From the sequence record SRR20825019_1881: a stretch of DNA of 42,764 bases. One strand, 5' to 3'. Below, piece by piece: positions 1-8,987 of the stretch; position 1 is the first letter of the stretch, and the number at the start of each line of letters is the position of its first letter. The notes under the pieces were generated by a model. It saw only the letters and a list, made by a program, of their open reading frames with translations. It searched no databases and had not been told where the DNA came from. A program made the translations under genes and the position numbers.

Positions 1-27
1 CGGCTCACCGGGACGGTTCGCCCTACC
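1..27 (-). repeat. REP-like GTAG-tagged palindrome (partner copy may lie outside the window)
   Basis: Minus strand reads GGTAG-GGCGAACCG-TCC-CGGTGAGCC-G: a GTAG tag followed by an imperfect hairpin with an internal GA/GA mismatch. Confidence 0.55.
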
Positions 28-69
28 TTATAGAATACACAGCCATGACCGTTCCATACGTTCTGGTGA

Positions 70-393
70 TCAGACTGAACGTTCGCGCGCAAATTGATGC
101 TCGAGCTCAATCTCACGTGTCAGCCGGCGATTGTAGTAATGACCTCCCGCCAATAGGGCGAAACTTCCAAGAAAGCAGAAAGCACCTGCCTGATAATTTC
201 CATTTCGTGAAATGGTGGCAGTCAGCCCTTTCATATTATTTCCCACGCCTCGCCCAACATACTTCGATTCCTTCGGCGCCTTCATCGTGATGAGACCAAT
301 GATGAAGCCCAGTAATGACAGCGTAACGGCATAGAGCCGGATACTTCGTCGGCGTGCGATCAACGAATCGAGATAACTCGGTTCCTTTTCCAT
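70..393 (-). CDS. Small hypothetical membrane protein (2 predicted TM helices)
   Basis: 107-aa ATG ORF co-oriented just downstream of the sugar SBP; hydrophobic segments LYAVTLSLLGFIIGLITM and AGAFCFLGSFALLAGG. Confidence 0.6.
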   Translation of the reverse strand: MEKEPSYLDSLIARRRSIRLYAVTLSLLGFIIGLITMKAPKESKYVGRGVGNNMKGLTATISRNGNYQAGAFCFLGSFALLAGGHYYNRRLTREIELEHQFARERSV

Positions 394-422
394 CGAATGG
401 CTAAACTCCGGTAATCGAACCG

Positions 423-1397
423 TCAGTTAAGATACTTATCCAACGGCGGCGTGATCAGATCGATCGTCGCGGGTTCGTTGAGATTTTCGAGCGTCACGAG
501 TTCGCAGCCGGTATCGATGTCTTTCTCAACCGCTTCGCCACGCAGGTTTGCTACGAGCGTTTTCACTCCGAGGTAGCCCATCTTGAAAGGATTCTGCACG
601 ACGAGCCCTTGCAGGTCGCCGGTCTTCAACGCCGCAAGCGTTTGGGTTCCCGTATCGAAGCCGACAAACTTCACTTTACCCCCAGCCAGTCCCGCATCGC
701 GCAAGGCGAGCAGCATGCCCGTCGCCGACGATTCGTTGGGGGCGAAGACGCCCGTCACCTCGCGGCCAAAACGATTAAGCAAATTCTGCGAGGCGCGATA
801 AGCCGTATCACGGGTGGCCCCGGCATGTTGATCGCTGGAGATCACTTCGATGTTCGGAAACTCTGCGGCGATGGTATCGAGAAAGCCCGCCTCGCGTTGT
901 TCGGTGCTGGTCGATCCGGCGAGCACGCGCAACAGAATCACGTTGCCTTCGCCATTTAACAGCGAGGCGAGGCGCCTCGCCCCGAGCACCCCGCCCTTGT
1001 AATTGTCGGTTGAGACCGTGCTGACCGGTTTGTCGGAATTGAGGGCCGAATCGATAATCACCACCGGAATCCCCACCCGCGACGCCATCTCCGCCGGCGC
1101 GACCAAGGCCCGGGCATCGAGCGGTGCGAGCACGATCCCACTCACGCGGCGGGCGATAAAATTCTCCACGACCTGCACCTGCTGTTCGCGGTCATCCTCC
1201 CGCAAGGGGCCCTTCCAGATGATATTCACATCGACACCCGCGTCCTTCAACTCCCACGAGGCTTTCACCGCCCCCGCGTGAATTGATTTCCAGAATTCAT
1301 GCGTCGTCCCTTTCGGGATCACGGCCACGCGATAGGACTCGGCGCGAGCAACTAGACCAACACAAAGCAGAACGAGTAAAAGCAGGGATTTTTTCAT
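423..1397 (-). CDS. Sugar ABC transporter periplasmic binding protein (RbsB-like, PBP type 1)
   Basis: Signal peptide MKKSLLLLVLLCVGLVARA; motifs IPKGTTHEFWKSIHAGA, TDNYKGG, STEQREAGF, FVGFD, VQNPFKMGY. Confidence 0.92.
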   Translation of the reverse strand: MKKSLLLLVLLCVGLVARAESYRVAVIPKGTTHEFWKSIHAGAVKASWELKDAGVDVNIIWKGPLREDDREQQVQVVENFIARRVSGIVLAPLDARALVAPAEMASRVGIPVVIIDSALNSDKPVSTVSTDNYKGGVLGARRLASLLNGEGNVILLRVLAGSTSTEQREAGFLDTIAAEFPNIEVISSDQHAGATRDTAYRASQNLLNRFGREVTGVFAPNESSATGMLLALRDAGLAGGKVKFVGFDTGTQTLAALKTGDLQGLVVQNPFKMGYLGVKTLVANLRGEAVEKDIDTGCELVTLENLNEPATIDLITPPLDKYLN

Positions 1398-1460
1398 GGG
1401 GTAATGAGGGAAGTGGAAAACAAGAGAGAACTACGGATGACAGTTTATGTGAAACGATAC

Positions 1461-1536
1461 TGTCGTTGCGAGGTGCGTGATACGCTCCGGGGCGGTCCTT
1501 CTGGATTGCTTCGTCGCGGTGCTTCTCGCAATGACA
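1461..1536. repeat. TGTC/CGTC-tagged palindromic REP-like element
   Basis: Terminal inverted repeats TGTCGTTGCGAG and CTCGCAATGACA (11/12 complementary) enclose GGATTGCTTCGTCGC. Confidence 0.7.
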
Positions 1537-1575
1537 ATCCGTTTCGATCCGCAGCCCTCTCAGGAAGAGGATCAG

Positions 1576-2037
1576 CTAAGCTTTAAGTTCGACCGTCACC
1601 TGAATCTCGGTGGTCGTGCCTTTGGGAAGGCCATTGGTCGCGACGGCGGCCCGGGCGTGCTTGCCGGCTTCGCCAAACACTTTGAGGAAAAGATCGCTCG
1701 CCCCGTTGATCACAGCCGGGCTGTCTTCGAAACCGTCGACCGCGTTCACAAAGCCATTAATCATGACGATCCGCGCGACTTGATCGAGTGAGCCGACGGC
1801 AGCCTTGATATTGGCCATCGTATTGAGGGCACAGATTTCGGCGGCCTTGGCACCGCTTTCGATCGTGTGCTCCTTACCGACCTGGCCGGTATGGGTCATC
1901 TGGCCGTCGATCATGCAGACCGTGCCGGAGCAATAGAGTAAATTCCCCGTGCGCACGGTGGGCACATAGCTACCGGCAGCTGCGGGAGGATTGGGCAAAG
2001 TAAGGCCGAGTTCGGCGAGTTTTTCTTCAGGATTCAT
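1576..2037 (-). CDS. RidA/YjgF/YER057c/UK114 family protein
   Basis: EEKLAELGLTLP, GSYVP, NGASDLFLKVFGEAGKHARAAV; start placed at ATG 2037 because a promoter-like motif overlaps ATG 2046. Confidence 0.9.
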   Translation of the reverse strand: MNPEEKLAELGLTLPNPPAAAGSYVPTVRTGNLLYCSGTVCMIDGQMTHTGQVGKEHTIESGAKAAEICALNTMANIKAAVGSLDQVARIVMINGFVNAVDGFEDSPAVINGASDLFLKVFGEAGKHARAAVATNGLPKGTTTEIQVTVELKA

Positions 2038-2099
2038 CGCCCGCATCCTGCCTCAAGCCCAGGGGGCATGCAAAGCGGATTTTCAGATGACGTAAAAAA

Positions 2100-2176
2100 G
2101 GTGGAGCCTGTTGTCCCTTCGCGCTGTGCAGTCTGCAGCCCTGCTGACGATCAGCGTCTTGAGACAAGCCGCCACC
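2100..2176. repeat. Decayed GTGG-tagged REP-like inverted pair
   Basis: Left GGTGGAGCCTGTTGTC..GCGCT and right AGCGTCTTGAGACAAGCCGCCACC are imperfect inverted copies (GGTGG/CCACC, TTGTC/GACAA, CGCT/AGCG). Confidence 0.4.
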
Positions 2177-2184
2177 ATAGACAC

Positions 2185-3171
2185 TTAATTCTCAACCGGA
2201 ATGAATTCCGAAGTCGCGACTTCGTCTGCCCGCATCGGCTTTTCGAGCACTTCAAACTCCCTAAGCAGTTCGATTTCCCGTTGCACGCGTTCCAGCACCA
2301 ATTGTCCCACGCGCTCGCCCTTCGCCGGATCACCCGCGGCCAGTTGATTCTCAATGAGTGCCTGACGCGAATAGTTTAAGTGCTCCAAAGACATCTGATC
2401 GTTGCGCGACATAATCAGTTGATGAGCCGGCGCCGGATCGCCTTCGAGGTAATCGCGCCAGCCGCGAATCGACGCACTGACAAACGCGCGCACTAATTCT
2501 GGATCATCCCGCACCAGTCCGCGTCGGGTCAGCATCACATGGTAACTGTCGTAGCCCGTATCGCTCAACCGCAACGTGCGCACTTTGGCACCGCGTTGAC
2601 GCGCAAAGAACGGTTCACTGGTGAGAAAGCATTGTTGGATCGTGGTCTTGTCAGACAGGAACTGGGCCAGTCCGTAGCTGGTCGGAATCAGCCCGAAAGT
2701 AATCTCGTATTTCTTTTGAATGTAGGGAATCCACGTCATGCCCACCGCGGCAATCACGGTGCGCCCGTCGAGATCAGCGAACGACTGCACCGGACTATTC
2801 GCGTGCACAAGGATCGCCTGAGGATCATGCTGCAAGGTCGCACCGATCATCATCAAAGGAAGCCCCCGACTCGCCGCGAGAATCGCATCATCGCCACGAA
2901 ACATTCCAAAATCGGCGACGCCTTTGGCGATTTTCAACAACACGCCGGCACCGGGTCCGCCCGCGATAATCTCCAAATCCAAACCAGCCTCGCGATAATA
3001 GCCTTTGGCCAGAGCCTGATAGAACCCTCCATGCTCGGCCTGTGGAAACCAATCACTCTGAAAAGTCACTTTGCGTAACTCGGGAGATTCCGCTGTTATC
3101 TCTTGGCGGCTGCAACCGATTGTGGCCAGCAGGCAAGTAAGCAGGAGAACGAATAGAGAGACGGAGCGCAC
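2185..3171 (-). CDS. NMT1/THI5-like ABC substrate-binding lipoprotein (purine/pyrimidine-type ligand)
   Basis: Lipobox-like ATIG-C; DWFPQAEHGGFYQA, GGPG, QHDPQAIL, FVSASIRGW. Confidence 0.88.
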   Translation of the reverse strand: MRSVSLFVLLLTCLLATIGCSRQEITAESPELRKVTFQSDWFPQAEHGGFYQALAKGYYREAGLDLEIIAGGPGAGVLLKIAKGVADFGMFRGDDAILAASRGLPLMMIGATLQHDPQAILVHANSPVQSFADLDGRTVIAAVGMTWIPYIQKKYEITFGLIPTSYGLAQFLSDKTTIQQCFLTSEPFFARQRGAKVRTLRLSDTGYDSYHVMLTRRGLVRDDPELVRAFVSASIRGWRDYLEGDPAPAHQLIMSRNDQMSLEHLNYSRQALIENQLAAGDPAKGERVGQLVLERVQREIELLREFEVLEKPMRADEVATSEFIPVEN

Positions 3172-3244
3172 GCGATGAAGTTGAGAGTCAAAACGACAAA
3201 CTCAAATCCCAAACAAGGATCCCGCCGTAAGCAGAGTAGTATTT

Positions 3245-3305
3245 TGGAGGGTCCACCTCCGCGTGGACCGGTTCCGGCACGGACGACACGGAAGTCGTCC
3301 CTCCA
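3245..3305. repeat. REPIN-like doublet of GGAG-tagged REP hairpins
   Basis: Two 25-bp units in inverted orientation, TGGAGGGTCCACCTCCGCGTGGACC (3245-3269) and GGACGACACGGAAGTCGTCCCTCCA (3281-3305); each folds into its own hairpin. Confidence 0.75.
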
Positions 3306-3364
3306 TTTCCAAGCCGGCGAGAGATCTCGGGGTATCTAACCCAAAAACACATGAGCCCCGTTTC

Positions 3365-4243
3365 CTACGGCAGCCTCAGCAACTTTTTCGCGTTGTCCCG
3401 CACGATCGATCTCAGTTGCTCCGCGGTCAGCTCCGACCGATGCACTTCTGCCACCAGTCGGGTCATATTCGGAACGGGATCGATATTCGGATAAAGATTC
3501 AACGGATAGTCCGAACCAAACAGCACTCTCTCAGCGGGAACCTGCTCGCAGAATTTCCGCCAAATTTTCTGATCGTAGAGCAACGGTGATGCCGCCGTGT
3601 CGTAGTAAATATTATCCGGCATCACTTCTTGGGAAACCAGGGGCAACCGCCCTCCCCAATGCGCGAGGATGAAGATCGTGTCCGGGTGCGCTTTGGCGAG
3701 AACCCGAAAATCATTTAAAGGCGTCGTCACTTTCCCGGGGTAATCCCGACTCTCCGGTTCGGTAACGTGCAGATTGACCGGCATGCCCAATTTCCCGGCG
3801 AGTGACATCGCCATCGCGAATGTCGGATCGTCTATCGAGAAGCGTTGCGAATGCGGTGACAGCTCTCCGAGCCCAATCAAGCCGGACTCGTGTGCCCGCG
3901 TGATTTCGTCCATCGTCAAGGCCATTCCTGCCCCGGGATGAAACGTCGCGAAGGCTGACAACCGATCCGGATGCTTCTTCACGCACTCCGCATAAAATCG
4001 ATTCTGCATTTCACAGGTTTCGGGCTTTTCCCAATACCAACCCAAGAGCACACCACGAGCGACCGAGGCCTCGTCCATCGCCCGCAACAGCTCATCCACC
4101 GAAGGAAACGTTTGCACGGGCTGCCCGTCTGGCCGCTTTCGCGTGCACAGGGTGGACCAATGGTCTTCGTTGTGAGCCAAAGCCCAGCCCGCAGGATCAC
4201 GGTTCACCTCCTCGGGATATAAATGGATATGCGTGTCGATCAT
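3365..4243 (-). CDS. Amidohydrolase family 2 metal-dependent hydrolase/decarboxylase
   Basis: IDTHIH metal motif, GLGEL, VNLH, ILAHWGG, YYDTAA, VLFGSDYP. Confidence 0.9.
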   Translation of the reverse strand: MIDTHIHLYPEEVNRDPAGWALAHNEDHWSTLCTRKRPDGQPVQTFPSVDELLRAMDEASVARGVLLGWYWEKPETCEMQNRFYAECVKKHPDRLSAFATFHPGAGMALTMDEITRAHESGLIGLGELSPHSQRFSIDDPTFAMAMSLAGKLGMPVNLHVTEPESRDYPGKVTTPLNDFRVLAKAHPDTIFILAHWGGRLPLVSQEVMPDNIYYDTAASPLLYDQKIWRKFCEQVPAERVLFGSDYPLNLYPNIDPVPNMTRLVAEVHRSELTAEQLRSIVRDNAKKLLRLP

Positions 4244-4311
4244 GGGATAAAAACAATCTCGTTCTCATAGTTATTCTCGTTCTGAATCTCGCAAGCTGAG
4301 AACCCCGCCCC

Positions 4312-5628
4312 ATGCTCGAACGTTTATTTAAACTCCAACAACACGGCACCACGACGGTGCGTGAAGTGCAGGCGGGCTGCACCACATTTGCGGCGATGGC
4401 TTATATCCTCGCCGTCAATCCGGCGATTCTCGCAGCAGCGGGCATGCCCATCGAGGGATTGATCACCGTCACCGCAGTGAGTGCGGCGGTGAGCACGTTG
4501 CTGATGGCTCTCATGACCAACTTCCCGCTCGCGCTCGCGCCGGGCATGGGAATCAACGCCTATTTCGCCTACACCGTCTGTGTGGGACTCGGTGTGCCGT
4601 GGCAACAGGCACTCGGCCTGGTCCTGGTCAACGGGTTCGCGTTTCTCTTCCTCTCCCTCTCGGGAATCCGCGAGAAGATCATCAACGTGATTCCGTTTCA
4701 ATTGAAGATGGCCATCACCTGCGGTGTGGGGCTCTTCATCGCGTTTATCGGTTTAAAAAACGGCGGTCTGATTACCGCCAGCGACGCCACGCTCGTCACC
4801 CATGGCGCTCTGGGTTCGCCTCCCGTATTGCTTTGTTTCGGCGGCATCTTGCTCACCATTATTCTGATGGTTCGAAAAATTCCAGGTGGAATCATCCTCT
4901 CCGTTGTCGCGATCACCTTGATCGGACTCTTCGTGCCCAATGGACAGGGCGGCTGGGTGACGCAACTGCCTGATCACTTCGTGTCCCTCCCCGCCTCGAT
5001 GGGCGATACGTTCATGCAGTTGAGCTTCGGTTATTTCACCGCTGATCCCGTGAAAGCGACGACCGTCGTGCTTACCTTGTTGCTGATCGCCCTGTTCGAC
5101 AATGTAGGAACCCTGATCGGAGTGACCCAACGGGCGGGTCTGCTCGATAAAAACGGACACCTTCCCGGAGCCGGTAAAGCGCTCACCGCCGATTCACTGG
5201 GAGTCATCGCGTCTGCGATTTTCGGCACCTCGAATGTGGTCAGCTACATCGAATCCGCGTCCGGTGTGGAAGCCGGTGGACGCACCGGTTTGGTGGGCGT
5301 GACCGTCGCGGGACTCTTTGTCGTCGCCTTGTTTTTCACTCCACTAATACAGGCGATCCCCACCGTCGCCACCGCCCCGGCACTCGTGGTCGTGGGCATC
5401 TTCATGTTTCAATCCGTCGCGCAACTCGAACTGAAAGAACTGCGGGATGTGGCACCCGCCTTTATCATCATTCTGGCAACGCCCCTCACCTTCAGTATTG
5501 CCGAGGGCATCGGGCTCGGTTTGGTCGCCTACACAGTGATCTACCTATTCACGGGCAAATCACGGGAAATATCATGGTTGGTTTATGTGCTCGCCGCGAT
5601 CTTCTCCGTGCATCTCTTCGCTAAATAA
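4312..5628 (+). CDS. NCS2/AzgA-family nucleobase (guanine/hypoxanthine-type) permease
   Basis: TTFAAMAYILAVNP, LAPGMGINAYF, FDNVGTL, YIESASGVEAGGRTG, PLTFSIAEG; multiple TM helices. Confidence 0.93.
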   Translation: MLERLFKLQQHGTTTVREVQAGCTTFAAMAYILAVNPAILAAAGMPIEGLITVTAVSAAVSTLLMALMTNFPLALAPGMGINAYFAYTVCVGLGVPWQQALGLVLVNGFAFLFLSLSGIREKIINVIPFQLKMAITCGVGLFIAFIGLKNGGLITASDATLVTHGALGSPPVLLCFGGILLTIILMVRKIPGGIILSVVAITLIGLFVPNGQGGWVTQLPDHFVSLPASMGDTFMQLSFGYFTADPVKATTVVLTLLLIALFDNVGTLIGVTQRAGLLDKNGHLPGAGKALTADSLGVIASAIFGTSNVVSYIESASGVEAGGRTGLVGVTVAGLFVVALFFTPLIQAIPTVATAPALVVVGIFMFQSVAQLELKELRDVAPAFIIILATPLTFSIAEGIGLGLVAYTVIYLFTGKSREISWLVYVLAAIFSVHLFAK

Positions 5629-5659
5629 CGCGAAAAGCGCCTTATCTTGAGGGACCGTT

Positions 5660-7102
5660 TCAAGCGAAGAGCCGCCAGAAAAAGGCCACCGTTCCTGTGA
5701 CCAGAATCCCCAATGCCACCGGCAAGAGAGTGGAAACCGCGGTCCACTTCGCACTACCGGTTTCTTTGTAAATCGTGTAGATGGTCGTGCTGCAGGGATT
5801 GTGAAGGAGGCTGAACAGCATCAGATTGATGGCCGTAAGGAGGGTCCAGCCACCAGCCTCCAAAATGACTTTGGTGGCGGCGTGCGAATCGAGTTCAAAC
5901 ATCACACCGGCGCCCGGACCGACTCCATGCACTCCCGCCGACAAGACCGTAAGCATCAGGATCGTGGGAATCACGATCTCGTTGGCAGGAATCGCCACGA
6001 CGTAGGCGATGAGAATCACGCCATTGAGTCCAATGATCATCGCGATGGGATCGAGTTCACTAATCAACCAGACCGCGAGACTCGCATCGCCCACCGCGAT
6101 GTTGGCAATCAGCCAGATCACCGCACCGGCCGGAATGGCAAAGACGATCGCGCGCCAGAGCACAAAGAGCGTGCGATCAATCAACGAGGTGTAGAGCGTG
6201 CGGAGAATTGCCGGTGGCCGATATGGAGGCAGTTCCAAACTGAAGGCGGAGACCTCGCCCTTCAGCACCGATTTCGACAGCGCCCACGAAACGATGAGCG
6301 TAAACAACATTCCCAGCAGCGCGACGCTGGTGACAGCCCCCGCCGCGACGAGCCCCGCCCAATGAGCCGGCACCATCGTGCCGAGAAAGATCGACGCGAT
6401 CAGGATCTGCGTCGGCCAACGTCCGTTACAGAGCGCGAAATTGTTGGTGATGATCGCAATCAATCGCTCGCGCGGACTGTCGATAATCCGCGTCGCCACG
6501 ACTCCGGCCGCGTTGCAACCGAATCCCATCATGGTGCTCATCGATTGTTTTCCGTGCGCGCCGACACTCTTGAATAGCCGATCGAGGTTAAACGCGACCC
6601 GGGGCAGATAACCAAAATCTTCGAGGATCGTGAACAATGGGAAAAAGATCGCCATGGGCGGCAGCATCACGCTGATCACCCACGCCATCGAAAGATACAT
6701 CCCATCGATGAGCACACCGGTCAGCCATGCCGGGAAACCGAGATTCACGGAACCCTCTCGTAAAATCGGCCACAACCAATCCACCAAAACATTGGCCAGC
6801 CAACCCGAAGGCGCATTCGCTCCGAGAATCGTGATCCAAAACATCAGCGCAAAGAGCAGCAGCATGATGGGGAAGCCCCAGAGTTTGCTGGTGAGAATCC
6901 GATCAAGAGCGCGATCGAATGTCGGCCGCGCGGAATGCCCCGGACGCGTCACTGATCTTTCGGCGATTTTGGCGGCATCACTATAAATCGCTTCGACGAT
7001 ATGCTCATGGACATCACCGGGAATATCCCGCCGGAGCCGCCGGGCGGCTTCGAGAATCCCGTTGGCATCCATAGCAGGATTGGAGCTGTTTTCGGTGGCC
7101 AT
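5660..7102 (-). CDS. feoB: FeoB transmembrane (Gate/FeoB_C) half of a split FeoB
   Basis: [46 protein letters not shown]; no GTPase domain. Confidence 0.9.
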   Translation of the reverse strand: MATENSSNPAMDANGILEAARRLRRDIPGDVHEHIVEAIYSDAAKIAERSVTRPGHSARPTFDRALDRILTSKLWGFPIMLLLFALMFWITILGANAPSGWLANVLVDWLWPILREGSVNLGFPAWLTGVLIDGMYLSMAWVISVMLPPMAIFFPLFTILEDFGYLPRVAFNLDRLFKSVGAHGKQSMSTMMGFGCNAAGVVATRIIDSPRERLIAIITNNFALCNGRWPTQILIASIFLGTMVPAHWAGLVAAGAVTSVALLGMLFTLIVSWALSKSVLKGEVSAFSLELPPYRPPAILRTLYTSLIDRTLFVLWRAIVFAIPAGAVIWLIANIAVGDASLAVWLISELDPIAMIIGLNGVILIAYVVAIPANEIVIPTILMLTVLSAGVHGVGPGAGVMFELDSHAATKVILEAGGWTLLTAINLMLFSLLHNPCSTTIYTIYKETGSAKWTAVSTLLPVALGILVTGTVAFFWRLFA

Positions 7103-7944
7103 TACAGTTGAGGAATTGAGGATTCGGCATTTTCGGTCGCCAGATTTTGGGAAAGCGTCAAATCTCCCAACGTGCCATCACGAAGCGCGGCCGCCAGCGA
7201 TTCGTCACCACCCAGCAAGCGCATCGCGACCCAACGCACGTTGGGCAAACCCGGATAGGCCGTCGTGATCTGGGCGACCAACTGGTTGAGGGCTTCCTTG
7301 AGAGCCGGCGGTTCATTTTGCAGACGATGAGGTTTGCCCGTGACCTTCCCACTGGCGACATCTCCGATCATATTTAACAATTCGGGCAACCCCACCCCGG
7401 CACGCGCAGATGTGGGCACCACCGGCACCCCCAGGTCGCGGGAGAGTTGACGATCATCGATTTCCACGTGATGGCGTTTCGCCTCATCCATCAGATTGAG
7501 GCAGAGAACAACGCGGTCCGTGATTTCGAGCACCTGAATCACGAGATTCAAATTGCGTTCCAAACGGGTGGCATCCGCGACGACCACGGTCACATCGGGT
7601 TGACCAAAGAGAATAAAATCGCGCGCGATCTCCTCGTCGAGGCTCGTGGAGAGCAGCGAATACGTGCCGGGCAGATCCACGATCTTGTAGTTCTTTTCCC
7701 CGTAGGAAAAACCGCCTTCCGCTCGCGTCACCGTTTTACCGGGCCAGTTGCCGGTGTGCTGTCGCAATCCGGTCAGCGCATTAAACACGGTGCTCTTGCC
7801 GGTGTTGGGATTTCCCGCGAGCGCGATCATGTAATCCCAATGATCCATATTCACGCCGAGACGCTTTAAATTGGCCGCGCGATAAATACCGCAATCGGCA
7901 CAAGCTTCACTGGGAGCCGGGCTCTGTTTTGTCGTTGCGTTCAT
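7102..7944 (-). CDS. feoB: FeoB N-terminal GTPase half of a split FeoB
   Basis: G1 [16 protein letters not shown]3 DLPGTY, LERNL, G4-like NLMDE; stop overlaps the next start (TAATG). Confidence 0.92.
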   Translation of the reverse strand: MNATTKQSPAPSEACADCGIYRAANLKRLGVNMDHWDYMIALAGNPNTGKSTVFNALTGLRQHTGNWPGKTVTRAEGGFSYGEKNYKIVDLPGTYSLLSTSLDEEIARDFILFGQPDVTVVVADATRLERNLNLVIQVLEITDRVVLCLNLMDEAKRHHVEIDDRQLSRDLGVPVVPTSARAGVGLPELLNMIGDVASGKVTGKPHRLQNEPPALKEALNQLVAQITTAYPGLPNVRWVAMRLLGGDESLAAALRDGTLGDLTLSQNLATENAESSIPQL

Positions 7945-8975
7945 CGGGATAAGGCAGGGTCGGAAATGGAGACGCGTTGGCCGATTCGAATCATTCGCGC
8001 CTGTTCACGGCGCAGGGCAATCATCGTGCCCCGCACGAGATATGCAGTGGGATCACCGGTCGGGCTCGGCAATTCAACGGAGATGACGGTGCCGGGCACG
8101 AAACCGAGGTCGAGTAGCCGACGACGTTCGGCCCCGCGACACGCGGCACTCAGACTGAGGACGTGAGCCTCTTCACCAACTCGCAGATCGGAAAGATATT
8201 CCTCCTCCAGGAGATCGGCAGCCGTCACATCAGGAATCGGTTTAATTCCAATATTGTTGGCGAGGATCGGAGCCAGCACGAGTTCGTGACCTTCCGCCCA
8301 CAGTTTTAGGAAATCCGATTCCTTCGAAAGAATACAGGTTCGCATCCCCGGGCGCAATCCCAGGGCCAGAAGCTGACGATACACCGCGAGGGGCTCATCT
8401 TCGATGTGCACAATCTCCAGTGGCTTGTTGATCGGAGCCGTATTGAGAGGCTGACCTTCGTCCGCATCCAAATCCCCGCCCAAGACCGGAATAATATCCC
8501 CATGCGGATCTGCGATCGGGTGTCCGAGTTTGGCTTCCAGATCACTCGCCTGGGCCGGCGTGAGTTGATGCTCCTTCTGTTCGGCCAACCGATGCCATTG
8601 CGCTTCATCCACTCCGGTTTGTTCCGCCAGATAACTCTCCCACAAACGGTGGGCCCGCACGATATGCAACGCGAGTTCACGACCAGAATCCAATAATGAC
8701 AGGCGACCTCCGGCATAGGAGATCAGTTTACGGCGCTCCATCGCGCTGAGGAGTTCCGAAGCGGCATCATCACTGATGTGCAACGCACCCGTCACGCTGT
8801 TCAGAGTCGGCACCTGCCCATTCACTTCGGATTTCAGGATATGCTTGAGAGCATCCTCCCGACGCACCCGGTCGAGTCGGCGCTGGGCCTCACGCCAACG
8901 CGAAATGACCCCAACGCCGGGCCAAAAAAGAAGAACCGCAATGGTCAGGAGAGACAGTGTTAACAGCCAGGACAT
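7941..8975 (-). CDS. Membrane-anchored DtxR-fold protein fused to two FeoA (SH3) domains
   Basis: N-terminal hydrophobic helix; [33 protein letters not shown]; FeoA signatures [10 protein letters not shown] and [34 protein letters not shown]. Confidence 0.85.
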   Translation of the reverse strand: MSWLLTLSLLTIAVLLFWPGVGVISRWREAQRRLDRVRREDALKHILKSEVNGQVPTLNSVTGALHISDDAASELLSAMERRKLISYAGGRLSLLDSGRELALHIVRAHRLWESYLAEQTGVDEAQWHRLAEQKEHQLTPAQASDLEAKLGHPIADPHGDIIPVLGGDLDADEGQPLNTAPINKPLEIVHIEDEPLAVYRQLLALGLRPGMRTCILSKESDFLKLWAEGHELVLAPILANNIGIKPIPDVTAADLLEEEYLSDLRVGEEAHVLSLSAACRGAERRRLLDLGFVPGTVISVELPSPTGDPTAYLVRGTMIALRREQARMIRIGQRVSISDPALSR

Positions 8976-8987
8976 GAATAAGAAATA

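Noticed and set aside
5801-6577. 258-aa plus-strand ORF, and similar ORFs at 17372-18223, 28736-29470 and 30684-31463
   Set aside because: Each lies essentially antisense to a well-supported gene and has no domain signature
7095-7110. FeoB as a frameshifted pseudogene or sequencing error
   Set aside because: Clean TAATG stop/start coupling and intact motifs in both halves favour a genuine two-gene form
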